Of a DNA stretch of 64,000 nt, positions 24,081-35,580 are shown in pieces. The notes under the pieces are model-generated. The model was not told the origin of the DNA, did not search any database, and saw only the letters and a list, made by a program, of their open reading frames with translations. Position 1 is the first letter of the stretch, and each line of letters begins with the position of its first letter. The position numbers were made by a program, and so were the translations under genes. This stretch comes from Marsupella aquatica (lineage: Eukaryota > Plantae > Marchantiophyta): contig OZ316899.1 of NCBI GenBank assembly GCA_973895155.1, positions 15,527,974 to 15,591,973 of the forward strand, given 5' to 3'.

Positions 24081-24869
24081 CTACGGTATTGTACCCATCA
24101 AGCAGTAACACTTCGTACCTGAATTTTTTTATTGTCTTGAACGTTTGTTTTGTTGTCCCCATGTTTTGGCCGGCTAGGTTTTCCACATTCCACAAATTGT
24201 CGCCTAGCATGAACGACTGTATCTTTGAAGCATGACTGAAACACCATCGTGCTATTGATCGCATTAGATCGCATTGAATGCTCAACTAATATTGACGATG
24301 GTGTTCAATGAGATAATATTCTTGACTTTCGAAATTCCAGCTTTTTCGCCAATGCTGTCAGCTTGGCATCCTTGTTTGCCCATTCTCGAATCCATCTGGC
24401 TGCTCTAGCCGAATGTTGACCGCTAATGGCAAGGAATTGAACCTCGCCCTTTTTCATGGCTGCTACAAAGTCCCTCCTATCTGATTCTGTGTTGTCATAC
24501 TGCATTAGGTTTCTATGTTTTGTAGTGTAAGGAATCAAGTCTGCTATGTGTGGTTCATGCCCCGGATTTCTTATCAGGGAATTGGCCACCTCCTTTACAT
24601 GTTCTGCATTCAACATTCTGTAACAGAGTCTTGCCGACGCGGGGAAAATACTGTCTACAGGAATAGAAAATATCAAATTGATCCCAAACGTATAATATTG
24701 CTCCATTTGTTGCAATACCTCATTACCTTCTAAGACCTTCTTCTCCTCAGGAGCGTCCAACTGCTCGTCCACATCTTGTGAATGCACTGTCAGGTTTTCT
24801 GTAGTGTCATCCATGATGGCACTGTCAATTTTCTGTTTCTTCTTCTGTCTTGGTCTCTTTTCACTTGCA

Positions 24870-25065
24870 CTCGGCTTCTCAACCGGACGTTTCTTCTCAA
24901 CTGGCTTCTCAACTTGGCTTCTCGTACTCGGCTTCTCGTACTCGACTTCTCGTACTCGGCTTCTCAACTGGCTTCTCAACTGGCTTCTCAATTGGCTTCT
25001 CAATTGGCTTCTCAACTCGGCTTCTCGTACTCGGCTTCTCAATCGGAAGTTTCTTCTCAACCGGA
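24870..25065 (-). repeat. Coding 12-bp-based repeats (EKPV/EKPS units) containing a frameshift
   Basis: Iterated GGCTTCTCAACT / GGCTTCTCGTACTC. Confidence 0.85.
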
Positions 25066-25924
25066 GGTTTCCTTTGGCTTTGTTTTCGTTTTCCCACTGC
25101 TCTTTGAGAGGTCGCTACTGTAGTTCCCGCGGTCTCTGTTGTAGGTTCTGAAGCTTTCTCTGGCGCTTTCTCGGGCACAGGGTTTGTATTCACCGCTGGA
25201 AGCTTTCTCGTCTTGGACAAAGATTCTATCCATTGCTTTGCTTTGACTAAATCAAACTTGGGAGCAAATGCAACATCCTTATCAATTAAAACACCAGGCT
25301 CCTCCGATTCCAACGATAATAATCCAGCTTTCTCAAGTAAATTGCTTAACGTCCAGGTAGTTGCAAAAGAAAAATTGCCTTGGTGCTTCATCATGTTGAG
25401 TTTCAAATATTGAAACCCATACATAATGTCGACTGGAAGCATACCAGTTACCCCGGCGACCAACTTCTTTGTGTCATAGGTCTTTGGAAAAAATCCCATT
25501 GACAAAACGCTCAATTCCCCACTTGCGTGCCATTCGACATTGAATTCAGAGGAGTATGCCTTTGACAGAAGGTTAACTTTAACCCAATAGGACTTATCGT
25601 GCATCTCGAGAATGACCGTATTCATCCCTCTCCCTCCAATGCCAACAGAGACCACAGGTCCGCAAACAAAAGTCAGGCTATCATTTCCTCTGCACTTTAA
25701 GGTCAAAATAGGTTCAATCGTGGTTGATGGCACTTCATTATTAAGCGGGGTTCTTGAGAACTCAAGCCCCCATCGAAAGTGTGGGGATCTCTCATCTAGT
25801 AAGAATCCGTCCAGGCAGTGGGTCGGTGCAATCGCGGGTTTGAAAACAACAAGATCGCTCCCTGCATCATAAACGTCATCCATGTTAGACTTGAAACCTT
25901 TAAAACATTCGAATAACTCTTGTT

Positions 25925-26127
25925 GGATTAGGATGGTCCTAGTCCAACTTGAGATGGTTTTAGACTTGCTCCTACAATTGGGATTCAATCTCCTAGATGG
26001 ATTAGGATCATCCGAGTCCAAGTTTGGATTGGGATGGTCCGAGTCCAAGTTTGGATTGGGATGGTCTGAGTCCAAGTTTGGATTGGGATGGTCCGAGTCC
26101 AACTTTGGACTCGGATGGTCCCAGTCC
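25925..26127 (+). repeat. 27-bp quasi-palindromic tandem repeat (TTTGGATTGGGATGGTCCGAGTCCAAG), about 6-7 copies
   Basis: Directly visible. Confidence 0.9.
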
Positions 26128-27374
26128 TCTAAGACTTAGGGAGGATAGGTGATGGATACTTACTAGGGATTCGTGATTGAAATTGTCTAGAGTCTTCGAG
26201 TGCCAGTTCCACACTGTCGCTCATAGAGGAGAGGTCAAACTCCTCCGTTTCTTCCACGTAGGACATCACAAGGACGCGATTCGCTTCCATCTTTCTAACA
26301 TGTGGCAGCGTGACATGTGGCATCTTAGCAGGCATCCAATCTAGGGCAATAAAAAGAATGGAGATGGAAGGTGGAAGGCGGAGGCAGGCGGAGGCGGGGA
26401 GGCAGAGAGAGAACGGAGAGCGGAGAGAGAGCGGAGAGCAGAGAGCAAGGAGAGCGAGAGGAGAGCAAGAGAGTGAGGAGGAGAGCGAGAGGAGAGCGAG
26501 AGAGCGAGAGAGCAAGGAGTGAGAGAATGAGAATGAGGTCCTGGCTGGACCTCTCCGTCCCTTTACCCCCTCCTGCCTCACCTCGGCCTGTGTACGGCCG
26601 GTTGCCTCCTTCTACTGCGTACGGCCTGCTCTGGCGTACGGCCTGCTCCTGCATACGGCCCGTTGCCCTCACCTTGAATACGGCCTCCTTCCTTGATGTC
26701 CTGCCTACCTAACAGCCTTCCATGGTAGTCCCCGTGCAATTAGGCTCGTGAAGATAAGGTGTGTCCCCAAGCTAAGGTGAACGCGTACTCAACCCTTATC
26801 TTCACGCGATTTCCGGTTGAGCCGACTCGAGCAAAGGGTATAATTTGGGAGACGCCCACTTCGGAGCTCATTCTTGTTCTAGTTTCCCAAATCTAAGCTC
26901 CATGTAATCCGGAGTGGAGTTTCTCTTAAAGTGTTATGTATTGAGCCACTTACCTTCATTGGGTCAGCTTAGCCAGCTTCTTGACATTTGGAGTCCTCTC
27001 AGTTTATCTTTTACAGACATGTGTGGTGTAGGGTTCAGTTTGTTTTTTACTCCCAAAATTTAGTGGCATATAGCTTGTATTTCAAGGTTTTGGGAAGTTT
27101 TTACCATTATTCAAACAACAATGTATACCCCTTGGATGTGATATTAATCTTCTACCAGATCTTAATACTAAGGTGAGTATAAGGTTAATGCATTCAAATA
27201 TAAGGTTCCATTATTTCATGAAACTGTATGTAGACATTAGGGTCTGCCTTAAGACCACGCAAACTTTAGGCTACACCATATCTAGGGAGATCCGTAAAAT
27301 ACGGGGTCTTCCTAAATTTGGATTTTTCTTAGCTTAAGATGTTTGAAGTCTATCTCCCATTACATCATGGGTTG

Positions 27375-28200
27375 GTCTAGGATGGTCCTAGTCCAAGTTT
27401 GGATTCGGATGGTCCTAGTCCAAGTTTGGATTAGGATCATCCGAGTCCAACTTTGCATTGGGATCATCTGAGTCCAACTTTGGATTGGGATCATACGAGT
27501 CCAAGTTTGAACTTGGATGGTCCAAGTCCTAGTTTGGATTGGGATGGTCCGAGTCCAACTTTGGATTGGGATCATCCGAGTCCAAGTTTGAACTTGGATG
27601 GTCCGAGTCCAAGTTTGGATTAGGATGGTCCGAGTCCAAGTTTGGATTGGGATGGTCCGAGTCCTAGTTTGGACTTGGATGGTCTAAGTCCTAGTTTGGA
27701 TTGGGATGGTCCAAGTCCAAGTTTGGATTGGGATGGTCCGAGTCCAAGTTTGGATTGGGATGGTCCGAGTCCAGGTTTGGACTTGGATGGTCCCAGTCCT
27801 AGTTTGGATTGGGATGGTCCAAGTCCTAGTTTGGATTGGGATGGTCCTAGTCCAACCTTGGACTGGGATGGTCCCAGTCCAAATCTTGAATCGGAGGATC
27901 GTAGTCCAAATCCAGACTTGAAGGATTGCAGTCTAAAGCCGGACTTGGATGGTCCCGGTCCAAATCCGGACTCGGATGGTCCCAGTCCAAATCCAGAATC
28001 GGAGGATTGTAGTCCAAATCCAGACTCGGAGGATTGCAGTCCAAATCCGAACTTGGATGGTCCCGGTCCAAATCCGGACTCGAATGGTCCCAGGCCAAAT
28101 CCAGACTCGGAGGATTGCAGTCCTAATCCAGACTTGGATGGTCCCGGTCCAAATCCGGACTCGGATGGTCCTAGTCCAAATCCAAATTGGAGGATAGTAG
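27375..28200 (+). repeat. 27-bp quasi-palindromic tandem array, about 30 copies, with a higher-order variant block after ~27880
   Basis: Directly visible; lies between candidate donor AG|GTGAGT (~27173) and acceptor TGCAG (~28254). Confidence 0.92.
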
Positions 28201-28254
28201 TCTGAATCAAAATTTGCATGAGTTTGGTTTTAATCCATTTTTTTCAGTGTGCAG

Positions 28255-31200
28255 GAAAATAGGAAAAGGATGTCTCAAAGGTTTTCTAGGGGCGATGATG
28301 TTACCTTGACAATCGATGGTTACGACGTTGGAAATGAGACAGTTCAAAAGACAAATCCGCGAGAGAGTGTTCAAAATATTGTGCTGGGAGAGAATCGAAT
28401 TGGGGTTCTCATTGAGAAGGCCTTTGGTGAGACTAGGAAGCTCCCTTTTCCAATGCCTAGGGCAGAAAATCTTCATGATGACATTGACTCATGTGTCATT
28501 TGGGATATGTCATGTGCATATCAATCTGCGGATAAGATTACTCAAAAACGCATCAGTATTGGTAGTTGTTCGACTCGAAAAGATAACAACATCCATAATT
28601 TTGCAAATGTAGAGGAGGATGCTTCGACCACCCTAAGGCCAGGCGATGAGGTTGAAATGTTTATCTCTGGCCATTGTGTGGCCTTTGGAGTTGTTTTCAA
28701 GACCGATCCAATGGAGAGATGTCATAACATATTACTCGGTGAGTCTCGGGTTAGTGTAAAAGTCACAGATGTGATTCATGGTAGTAAGACTTTACCTTAC
28801 GCACATGGTGGAGCTGCAACAATTGAAGAGCAAAGGGCTCCTGGGTTCTATGGGATGTGGTTGACGTCCACAATAAAGTGGAATGTTGATATTGATGGGA
28901 GCAACAAATCTTCCTCTAAGAAGCAGAAGGACAAGGCAAATTTTGTTTCATAGTCTTGTTCGGCGAACACCACGGACACTAAGTGTGACTATTTTCATCG
29001 GGCAAACTGGATGTCAGAGTTGGTTGAATTCTACACTGGTTTGGATCGAACCAAAATGGTTGCCACTGGAATGATCACTGTCCCTCAAGTGACAGCAGCA
29101 GTTGATGATGAAATTCTTGGTGATGACCATGTTGGGATTGCTGTGAAAGATGTCGTGGCAGCACAATACTTTCCCAACATCCACAAGGGAGTAGTGAGTT
29201 TGATTCGATGGCGGATTGATTCAACAAAACTAGTTGCAAATGGAAAATTTTTGTCAGACATTTTGGTGGAAGGTTCTGAGAGGATGGACTCAATGGATAG
29301 GGATGAACTCAATGTGGATGTAAGTGATAGAGGAGTACTGTGTTCAAGGCCGTACAATTTCAACAAGAGGAATCAAGTAGATCCGAATGAAAAGAAGAGG
29401 AGGTTGTTGGAAACCAAGGCAATTTCAAAAACAACAGAGGCGTCAATTGATGACGTGAAAAGAGAAAATTGTTGCAAGCAAAAATGTTGTCTCATTATGC
29501 CAAGGGAAAACATCAAAGATATTAGGATGGAATTTCATGGGATGTCAAGCGAGTCAAAAATGTCACACATTTTCAACCTCTTTCACTATAGAGAGGATGA
29601 TGTTCGTGATAAGGGACACCATGTTCTTAAGGGTATGGTCGTATGCAGACATGCATTTGCAATTATCCACGGTTTTAGCCACACCAAATATTATGATTAC
29701 AAAAGGAGATATGTGGAGGGTTGCAAAATTGGGTTCCATGGCAATACGGGCTTGATGAAAACAAGGGCAAATACCTTGCATGCACGAGCTCTGTTGGAGG
29801 CTTTTTTGACTCGAAATGCAGAGCCCATGCCTCATATGCCTTATGGAGGGGCACATGGGACAGACTCTACTGAGTACCGTCTTCCGGCGTGTTACAAGAA
29901 GCTAGAGATTCTGGAAGATGTGAGAACAAAGATGAAGGAAGAAGGGCTTCCTCCTGTCACAGAGAATACTCTCTACAAGATCTGGAGCAACTCATTTGCA
30001 AACTTCAGTTTTCATAAAGATGGTGCATTTGCCAAGTGTACTCTTTGTTGTGAATACAAAGACAGCTTGATGTGAGAAAGAAGGAAAAAAGAACGTGCTG
30101 AAATTGAAGAAAAGCGAGCGCAACATCTTTGTGAGCAAATGTCACGTAGATATGTTTACTACGCTCATCGAGTGATGGCCAAACAACACCCAGGAGAATA
30201 TCTTTGCATTATTCATGACAAGATGGATCAAGCAAAGACATGGATTCCAAAAATGGTTAGTACTCCTAAATCTCTTTCGGGTCATGGAATGCCGCTACCT
30301 ACTGCTCTCACAGGGATGTTGACCCACGGGAGGGATCCAGGAGTTTATGCACACTTTAGTGTCACTGGCCTTTGGCCAGGAGATGCCGATTTCACAGTGA
30401 CATCCTTGGCTAAGTGTCTTTGAGACCTTGAAGAGTACAATGGAGACAAGACAGGTGACATGTTGGATGGCCTTCATTGGGAACCTCACATACCTTTCTT
30501 TCAAGCCCTACTTGACTTTGAAGCATTTTTTACGGGTTATTTGGAACCAAAGAATATACCGGTGAATAGGTATATTGGTTCTGAAGATGGAGGTGAGAGT
30601 CGGACTGAGACCATCCCAAACCAACAAGATGAGGATGAAGGAGAAGACATGCAAGGAGAGCAAGGCAGTCCATCGTTCAAGCCCTTGCCAAGGCACCAAA
30701 CATTGCAGATGGATAATTCAGCAAAGGACAACAAAAACCAGACTGTCATGGCATTTTGTAGCGAGCTTGTGAGTAGAGGAGTATTTGAAACTGTTCAAAT
30801 GTCTTTTCTAATGGTTGGTCATACGCACAAAGATGTTGATGCACTCTTTTCAAAGGTATCATATCAAGTTCAGCACAAAGAAGTTGCAACCCTCCTTGCT
30901 CTTACGGCAGAGGTATGGGAATGCGAGAGCATTCATCCAGTTCCCAGATTGATAAAAGAATATCTTCAAACTTTCAAGGTGAAAGATATTCAAGGTCACT
31001 CAAAACCTGTATCATTTCTTTTCTCTATGAGAGATAATATACCAATATTTCAGTATAAGTCCCATGTAAAGCAAGCTTGGGCTCCAGTTGGTGGAAGGTG
31101 CATTTGGGCAACAGATCTGACAACAAATTCTCTTCTTTTACCTAGTGGAGAGCCCTTAGCTAAATCCATTGGAGAGATACACAAAAAATCTGAAGAGATT

Positions 31201-32007
31201 ATCCCATTTCTTAACAAGTACCTTGATTTTTTGAGAAGGAGTTGCACTGATGAGACATCTATAGCATATAAGGAAAGATTTCCTCTTGTGAAATATTGGG
31301 AGAGAATTGTGGAGTTGTTGACAAATGGGCTCGCACTAGAAGGAGAGGGAAGTACTCAATTTCCCTTGAAAAACAGATTTTGGCCTAAGACTAACCACGG
31401 CACTGGTTACAAGGTCAACCAACCGGAACAAAGTGGTCCTCCAAGTGAAGATGAGGAGAATGCAGAGATAACGTCTCTTCAAAATGAGGTCTTGGAAGAG
31501 ATGGAAGATCAAGCAACACCATTTGTTGGATCTCGAGCTGAGAGAGAACAAGGACGATGGATTCCTTTACAGGATATTTGTGAAGGAAACTTTGTATTTC
31601 TTCGACCCGAGGATGATTGGGAGAATAAAAATGGTGGAGGTCATTTCTGGTTGGTGAGAGCTTTGGGTTTGGTGGACCCAAAGCATGAAGTCCCAACTAC
31701 ATCTTCAACAAACCCTTCTCTGCCTCGACAGTACGCTCCAATGTTCCCAGTTGAATGGTGGAGGCCTAAACACTCTAAACTTGATGTGACTGAGAGTGCG
31801 CGGTATCTAAATTGTTTTGTGTCCACTAAGACATGGGAACGAGATCCAGGGTTTGGTGAGAATACTCAACATTGGCAGTATGCAAATTCTGCAATGTATG
31901 GTTTTAAATCTGGAATGAAAGAAGAAAACATGGCGGGCAGAGGTTTGAAGATCCCTCGAAATGTTCTACAAACTGTCCAAAATTATCTTCAAAGGATGGA
32001 CAAGTAG
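28255..32007 (+). pseudogene. Sola-like (GHTHxDxD-type) transposase with three N-terminal En/Spm-Tnp1-like repeats; one frameshift and two TGA stops
   Basis: CCKQKC...CRHAF...HGNTG, FAKCTLC, IIHDKMDQAKT, LQMDNSAKDNKN, FLMVGHTHKDVDALFS. ORFs 29011, 30139 and 30460 are in frame across TGA at 30073 and 30421. Confidence 0.8.
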
Positions 32008-32257
32008 ACTTAGTTGTTAGAAGCTATAATAATTAAATAGATAGTTACTAGTTTTTATGTAACTAAGATAGTCACTCATTCAAACATAGTAATTTACGTA
32101 CTAGTTATTTACTATTCTAATAGTTTTAATTTGATACTATCTCCTCATTTTCTAAACTTTTGATCATTATGAATATGAATGTTTGCTTTTTCTACATAAT
32201 TAAAAATATTTTTCTATTCATTCCTTTCTTTTAAATGATTATAAGAAGAGTTGGTAG

Positions 32258-32585
32258 GCAAATGTACACTTTTTAGGCCAAATGTACACTTTGTTGCACT
32301 AAAAGTTACACTTTCTAGACCAAATGCACTTAAATGTACACTTTTTAAGCCAAATGTATGCATTTTTCACTCAAATGTACACTTTTTAGGCCAAATGTAC
32401 TCAAATGTACACTTTTAAAGCCAAATGTACCTATTTTGATGTTCAAATTTACACTTTTCATTGCCCAAATGTACACTCTTTGGGCCAATTGTACACTTTT
32501 CTATCCCCAAATGTACACTTTTCATTGGCCAAATGTACACTTTTCCAAGCCCAAAAGTACACTTTTCATTGCCCAAATGTACATA
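32258..32585 (+). repeat. Right subterminal repeats CCAAATGTACACTTT (more than 10 copies)
   Basis: Directly visible. Confidence 0.9.
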
Positions 32586-35580
32586 AATCAAATAATAATA
32601 CACTTTTAATGAATAGGCTGATAGAAGAGAACGGCACCGGCAACGACAACGGCACCGGCATTGGTACAGGACACTGCCCCAGAGGTCGGCCTAAGCCGAC
32701 TCAGGAGGGAAAACCCCTTTACCGGAGCCAAGGTGAGAAGGAGGCCAGAACACGAGTCGGGAGTTCGAATGTATGTGGGAGCCTCCAGCCCCGAATCAGA
32801 GGCAGAGCAACCTAAGGCTCCTGCCCACGGAAAGCAGAGGGAGAAGACAGCCTGGAACCCAGAGGAGGAACCAGGGCCCGTGATCTATGAGGCCGTTTTT
32901 ACGGCGGGACCAGGAGAACAGAGGGGGAAGCCGGGAGTCCAAGCAGTGGAGGAGGCGATGGAGGACTACAGCAATGATAACTCCGGCTATGGGTCAGATC
33001 ATCATGTACCAGGAGTAAGAACCTATGGCCGCTTTATCCCCACGCTTCCAAGAGTAGTTCGAGGGGATCCCACCCAACAGAGCAGCCCCGAGTCCCCCCC
33101 ACCAGATGTCGCTCCCCCAAGCTTTGACGGCATAAAGCAGATGGCACAAGAGTTTCAGGAGCGACTCAGAGAGGAAGAGAAGGCAGCCCTGGATAGGGAG
33201 AAAGAGGAGGAGATTGGCCGGAGGACATCAGGCGGCTTGCCGAAAAAAGAAGCAACCCTCTTTCCACCATAGAAGAAATCCGCAGGGCGGCTTGGGAACA
33301 GAGGCCGAGGTGGTTGATGCCGATGACTTCTACTTACTCCACCTATGCTAAAGATAGAGCCATGGAGTACGGGGAGATGTATGGGGAACTTGCGCTCAGC
33401 ATCTTTGGGGAGGAGTTGGAGCAGGGACCCTTTTTCCAGAGGGAGATATTGGAGAAGCACCAATTAGAAGAAGCGATGGCTTTGGAGAGAAGCAAGAAGG
33501 ACAAGGTCATAGGGCGGCTTAGGGAGATGGAAGCCGAGGTGGAAGACCTAAAGGCGGCCAAGAAAGCCCAAGATGAGCTACGGATTAAACGGCATGAGCT
33601 AAACATCGTGCAGGGGCAGTTGGATACCGCGTAGTCTAATAATCAGATTATCAAGGATAAACTGACTCAGACCCAAGGAGAGTTGGCCGAGGCGGTCAAA
33701 GAAAGGGAGAAGTGGAAACGAGAGCTGAGAGACGCAGAGGAGGCCCACATAGCAGCAAACAACCGGGCCATGGCGGAGACTCAGAGAAGGGAGAGGGCGT
33801 TGAAGGAGGAACTCGAGGATATCCGCGGAGCCCTAGAGCAGAAGGAGGCCGAGTTAGGGAAATCCTATCAAGGGATTATTATGCTACAACAGGAGCTTGC
33901 TTCCCTGACGGCCAGCTTCAAGGCCGACCTCTGTGAGAAAGACGACCAGCTCAACCAGACTTATGCCAAGATGAATAAAATGGAGTCTGATGTCGTGACA
34001 GAGCTCGACGAGGAGCTAAGAGCAACCCAGGAGGAGAGGGCTACCTTAAAGAAAGAGTTGGAAGAAGCCCAGAAGGAGCTGAAGGAGGCAAGGAAGGACC
34101 TGGACGAAACCCAGGAGGAGTTGGAAGAAACCACAAGGAAGATGGAGAACTTACAGCGGCGGGCCGACAACCAAACAGAGCGGCTGAAGAAACAGACAGC
34201 AGTATTTAAGTGCTTAGCTTCATCTGTTCCAACTCCAATTGTGGGAACCCCGTTACCAGGAGTGGTACTGGCAGAAGGACAAGCCGAGACACACGCCCTG
34301 ATGTCGGAGGTAAGTGGCAAAGGGAAGGGACCAGCTGCCAAAACAGGGAAGAAGAAGAAGCGGAAACCTTCTGGGTCTGGGAGTTATACGGCTCCTCCAG
34401 CCTTTGTCACCAAGGAGGTAAACCCGACACCAACTTCCGGCATGGTCACGACAATGGATCCACCTGTCAAGGAAGGTGGGGATGGCAAGACTGAGGCCGG
34501 GACAACTATTGATGAAGCCGTGGTAGAAAATCCACCACTAGAGCCAGCCGAGGAAACCATAGCCGGGGAGGCCGTGGCCGATACTGATGCCGAAGCCGAG
34601 GGTGGACCCAGTCAGGCCGATGAAGAGTTGACTTGGTCCGGGGCAGGTAATTTGTTAGAGGAAGGACCGACGGCAGTGGCTACGGGGGAAGCGTTGGGGG
34701 CGTCCATTGAGGATCCACCACCGGTGTCGTGACGGTGCAAGGGCGTCGTTCCTTTTAGGAAGGGCGGACGTGGAGGTAGGAGGCGTGAGTGGGTAGGGCG
34801 GGCTCGGATCTCCAAGTTTAGGCTGAGGATCAGGACCAGGAGACGGCCCTGACACTTAGATTAGTGGGATTGCGGATCCACTAGTAGGAGCAACACTTGT
34901 GCTCCTGCCTCACTGTACTTAGGTAGATTACAGTTAGGTAGATTATAGGTAGGATAGATTAAGCTTACGCTGCTAAGAATTGGCGGATCCACTTCCAAGA
35001 TAAGTACCTGGGCAGCGAGGAGTCCAGGGCCTCTTTCTTAGCAAGTTTTTAGTTGCACAGCAGGGCTGGGATCAAGTAGTAAGAGAAGCTCTCGGTTAGT
35101 TATACAGTGACCCTTGTGTATATTCATGTTTCCTCATGCCTAAGAGCTAAATAGAGTTGGCCTCACGGCTTAGTTTGCAGAACTTGTGTATGAGATGTAC
35201 TGTTTGTATGGCAAGTGCATGGTATAACTCAGTCAGAATGAGTCATTTTGCTATTTGTGTGTCGTATTAACTTGTGTGAAGAGTGCCCACATCAACTAAT
35301 AGATGAAGGGAAGTAAGCAAGGGAGTGAGAGTTGGATGTGTCGAGCTGAGAGAGGTCTTAGCGGCTTAACCAAGCCAATTGGGGATCATTCCGGCGGCGG
35401 AATCCAAATATACCTAAAGAAAAGGAGGGGAATACAAGGAAGGCCTAGATTAGGCCGGCTACGTATCTCATGACCCGATGAAGGATCTGTCCAGTATATG
35501 TGTGTAAAATGTTAATAGTAGTAGTAGAAGGAAGTTAGCAGCGTCCCATGCCGCTAAGCCGCGGAAATGGCCTCGCCGAG

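Larger units (their letters stand above)
21237..26290 (-). pseudogene. Large (~1400 aa) cargo gene: unknown N-terminus, EKP repeats, ParB/Srx-like domain, beta-class N4/N6 DNA-methyltransferase-like domain, acidic tail
   Basis: Predicted exons ~26290-26164 (tentative), 25918-24119 and 23621-21237; the intron 24118-23622 is GT-AG in phase 0. Three in-frame stops (24305, 23304, 21732) and one frameshift within the repeats. ParB-like: FSIPVDSI...YRMLNAEHVKEVANSL...FLAISGQHSARA. MTase-like: NPHAKPTRMIRRIIESLSEPGDLVLDFFSGG. Confidence 0.7.
19567..32620 (+). mobile_element. Sola-like DNA transposon, 13,054 bp, with cargo genes
   Basis: Perfect 24-bp TIR CAGCCTATTCATTAAAAGTGTATT at 19567-19590 and 32597-32620, flanked by AT on both sides. 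Subterminal AAATGTACACTTT repeats. Excision restores the LTR ORF frame. Confidence 0.92.
17967..34732 (+). pseudogene. Family-1 LTR-encoded protein, reconstructed ~1150-1240 aa (segments 17967-19566 and 32623-34732)
   Basis: ORFs at 17961, 18411, 19305 and 32661 read in one frame across in-frame stops and the insert. A ~10-bp deletion near 33205 shifts to ORFs 33314 and 33683. Alternative start MSNVNQ at 18228. Confidence 0.8.
17852..35580 (+). mobile_element. Family-1 3' LTR (~4.7 kb once the 13-kb insert is removed; segments 17852-19566 and 32623-35580), truncated ~70 bp before its end
   Basis: Starts with TG right after the PPT. Colinear with the solo LTR 11131-15062. Homology stops at ...CCTCGCCGAG (35580), where it fuses to a family-3 gag. 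Confidence 0.9.

Noticed and set aside
26325-26712. R/E-rich and L/S-rich ORFs
   Set aside because: They arise from a GA/CT microsatellite-like tract.
27360-28219. ORFs of LDWDGPSPS / GLGPSQSK repeats
   Set aside because: These are by-products of a 27-bp repeat that is open in several frames on both strands and lies in a predicted intron.
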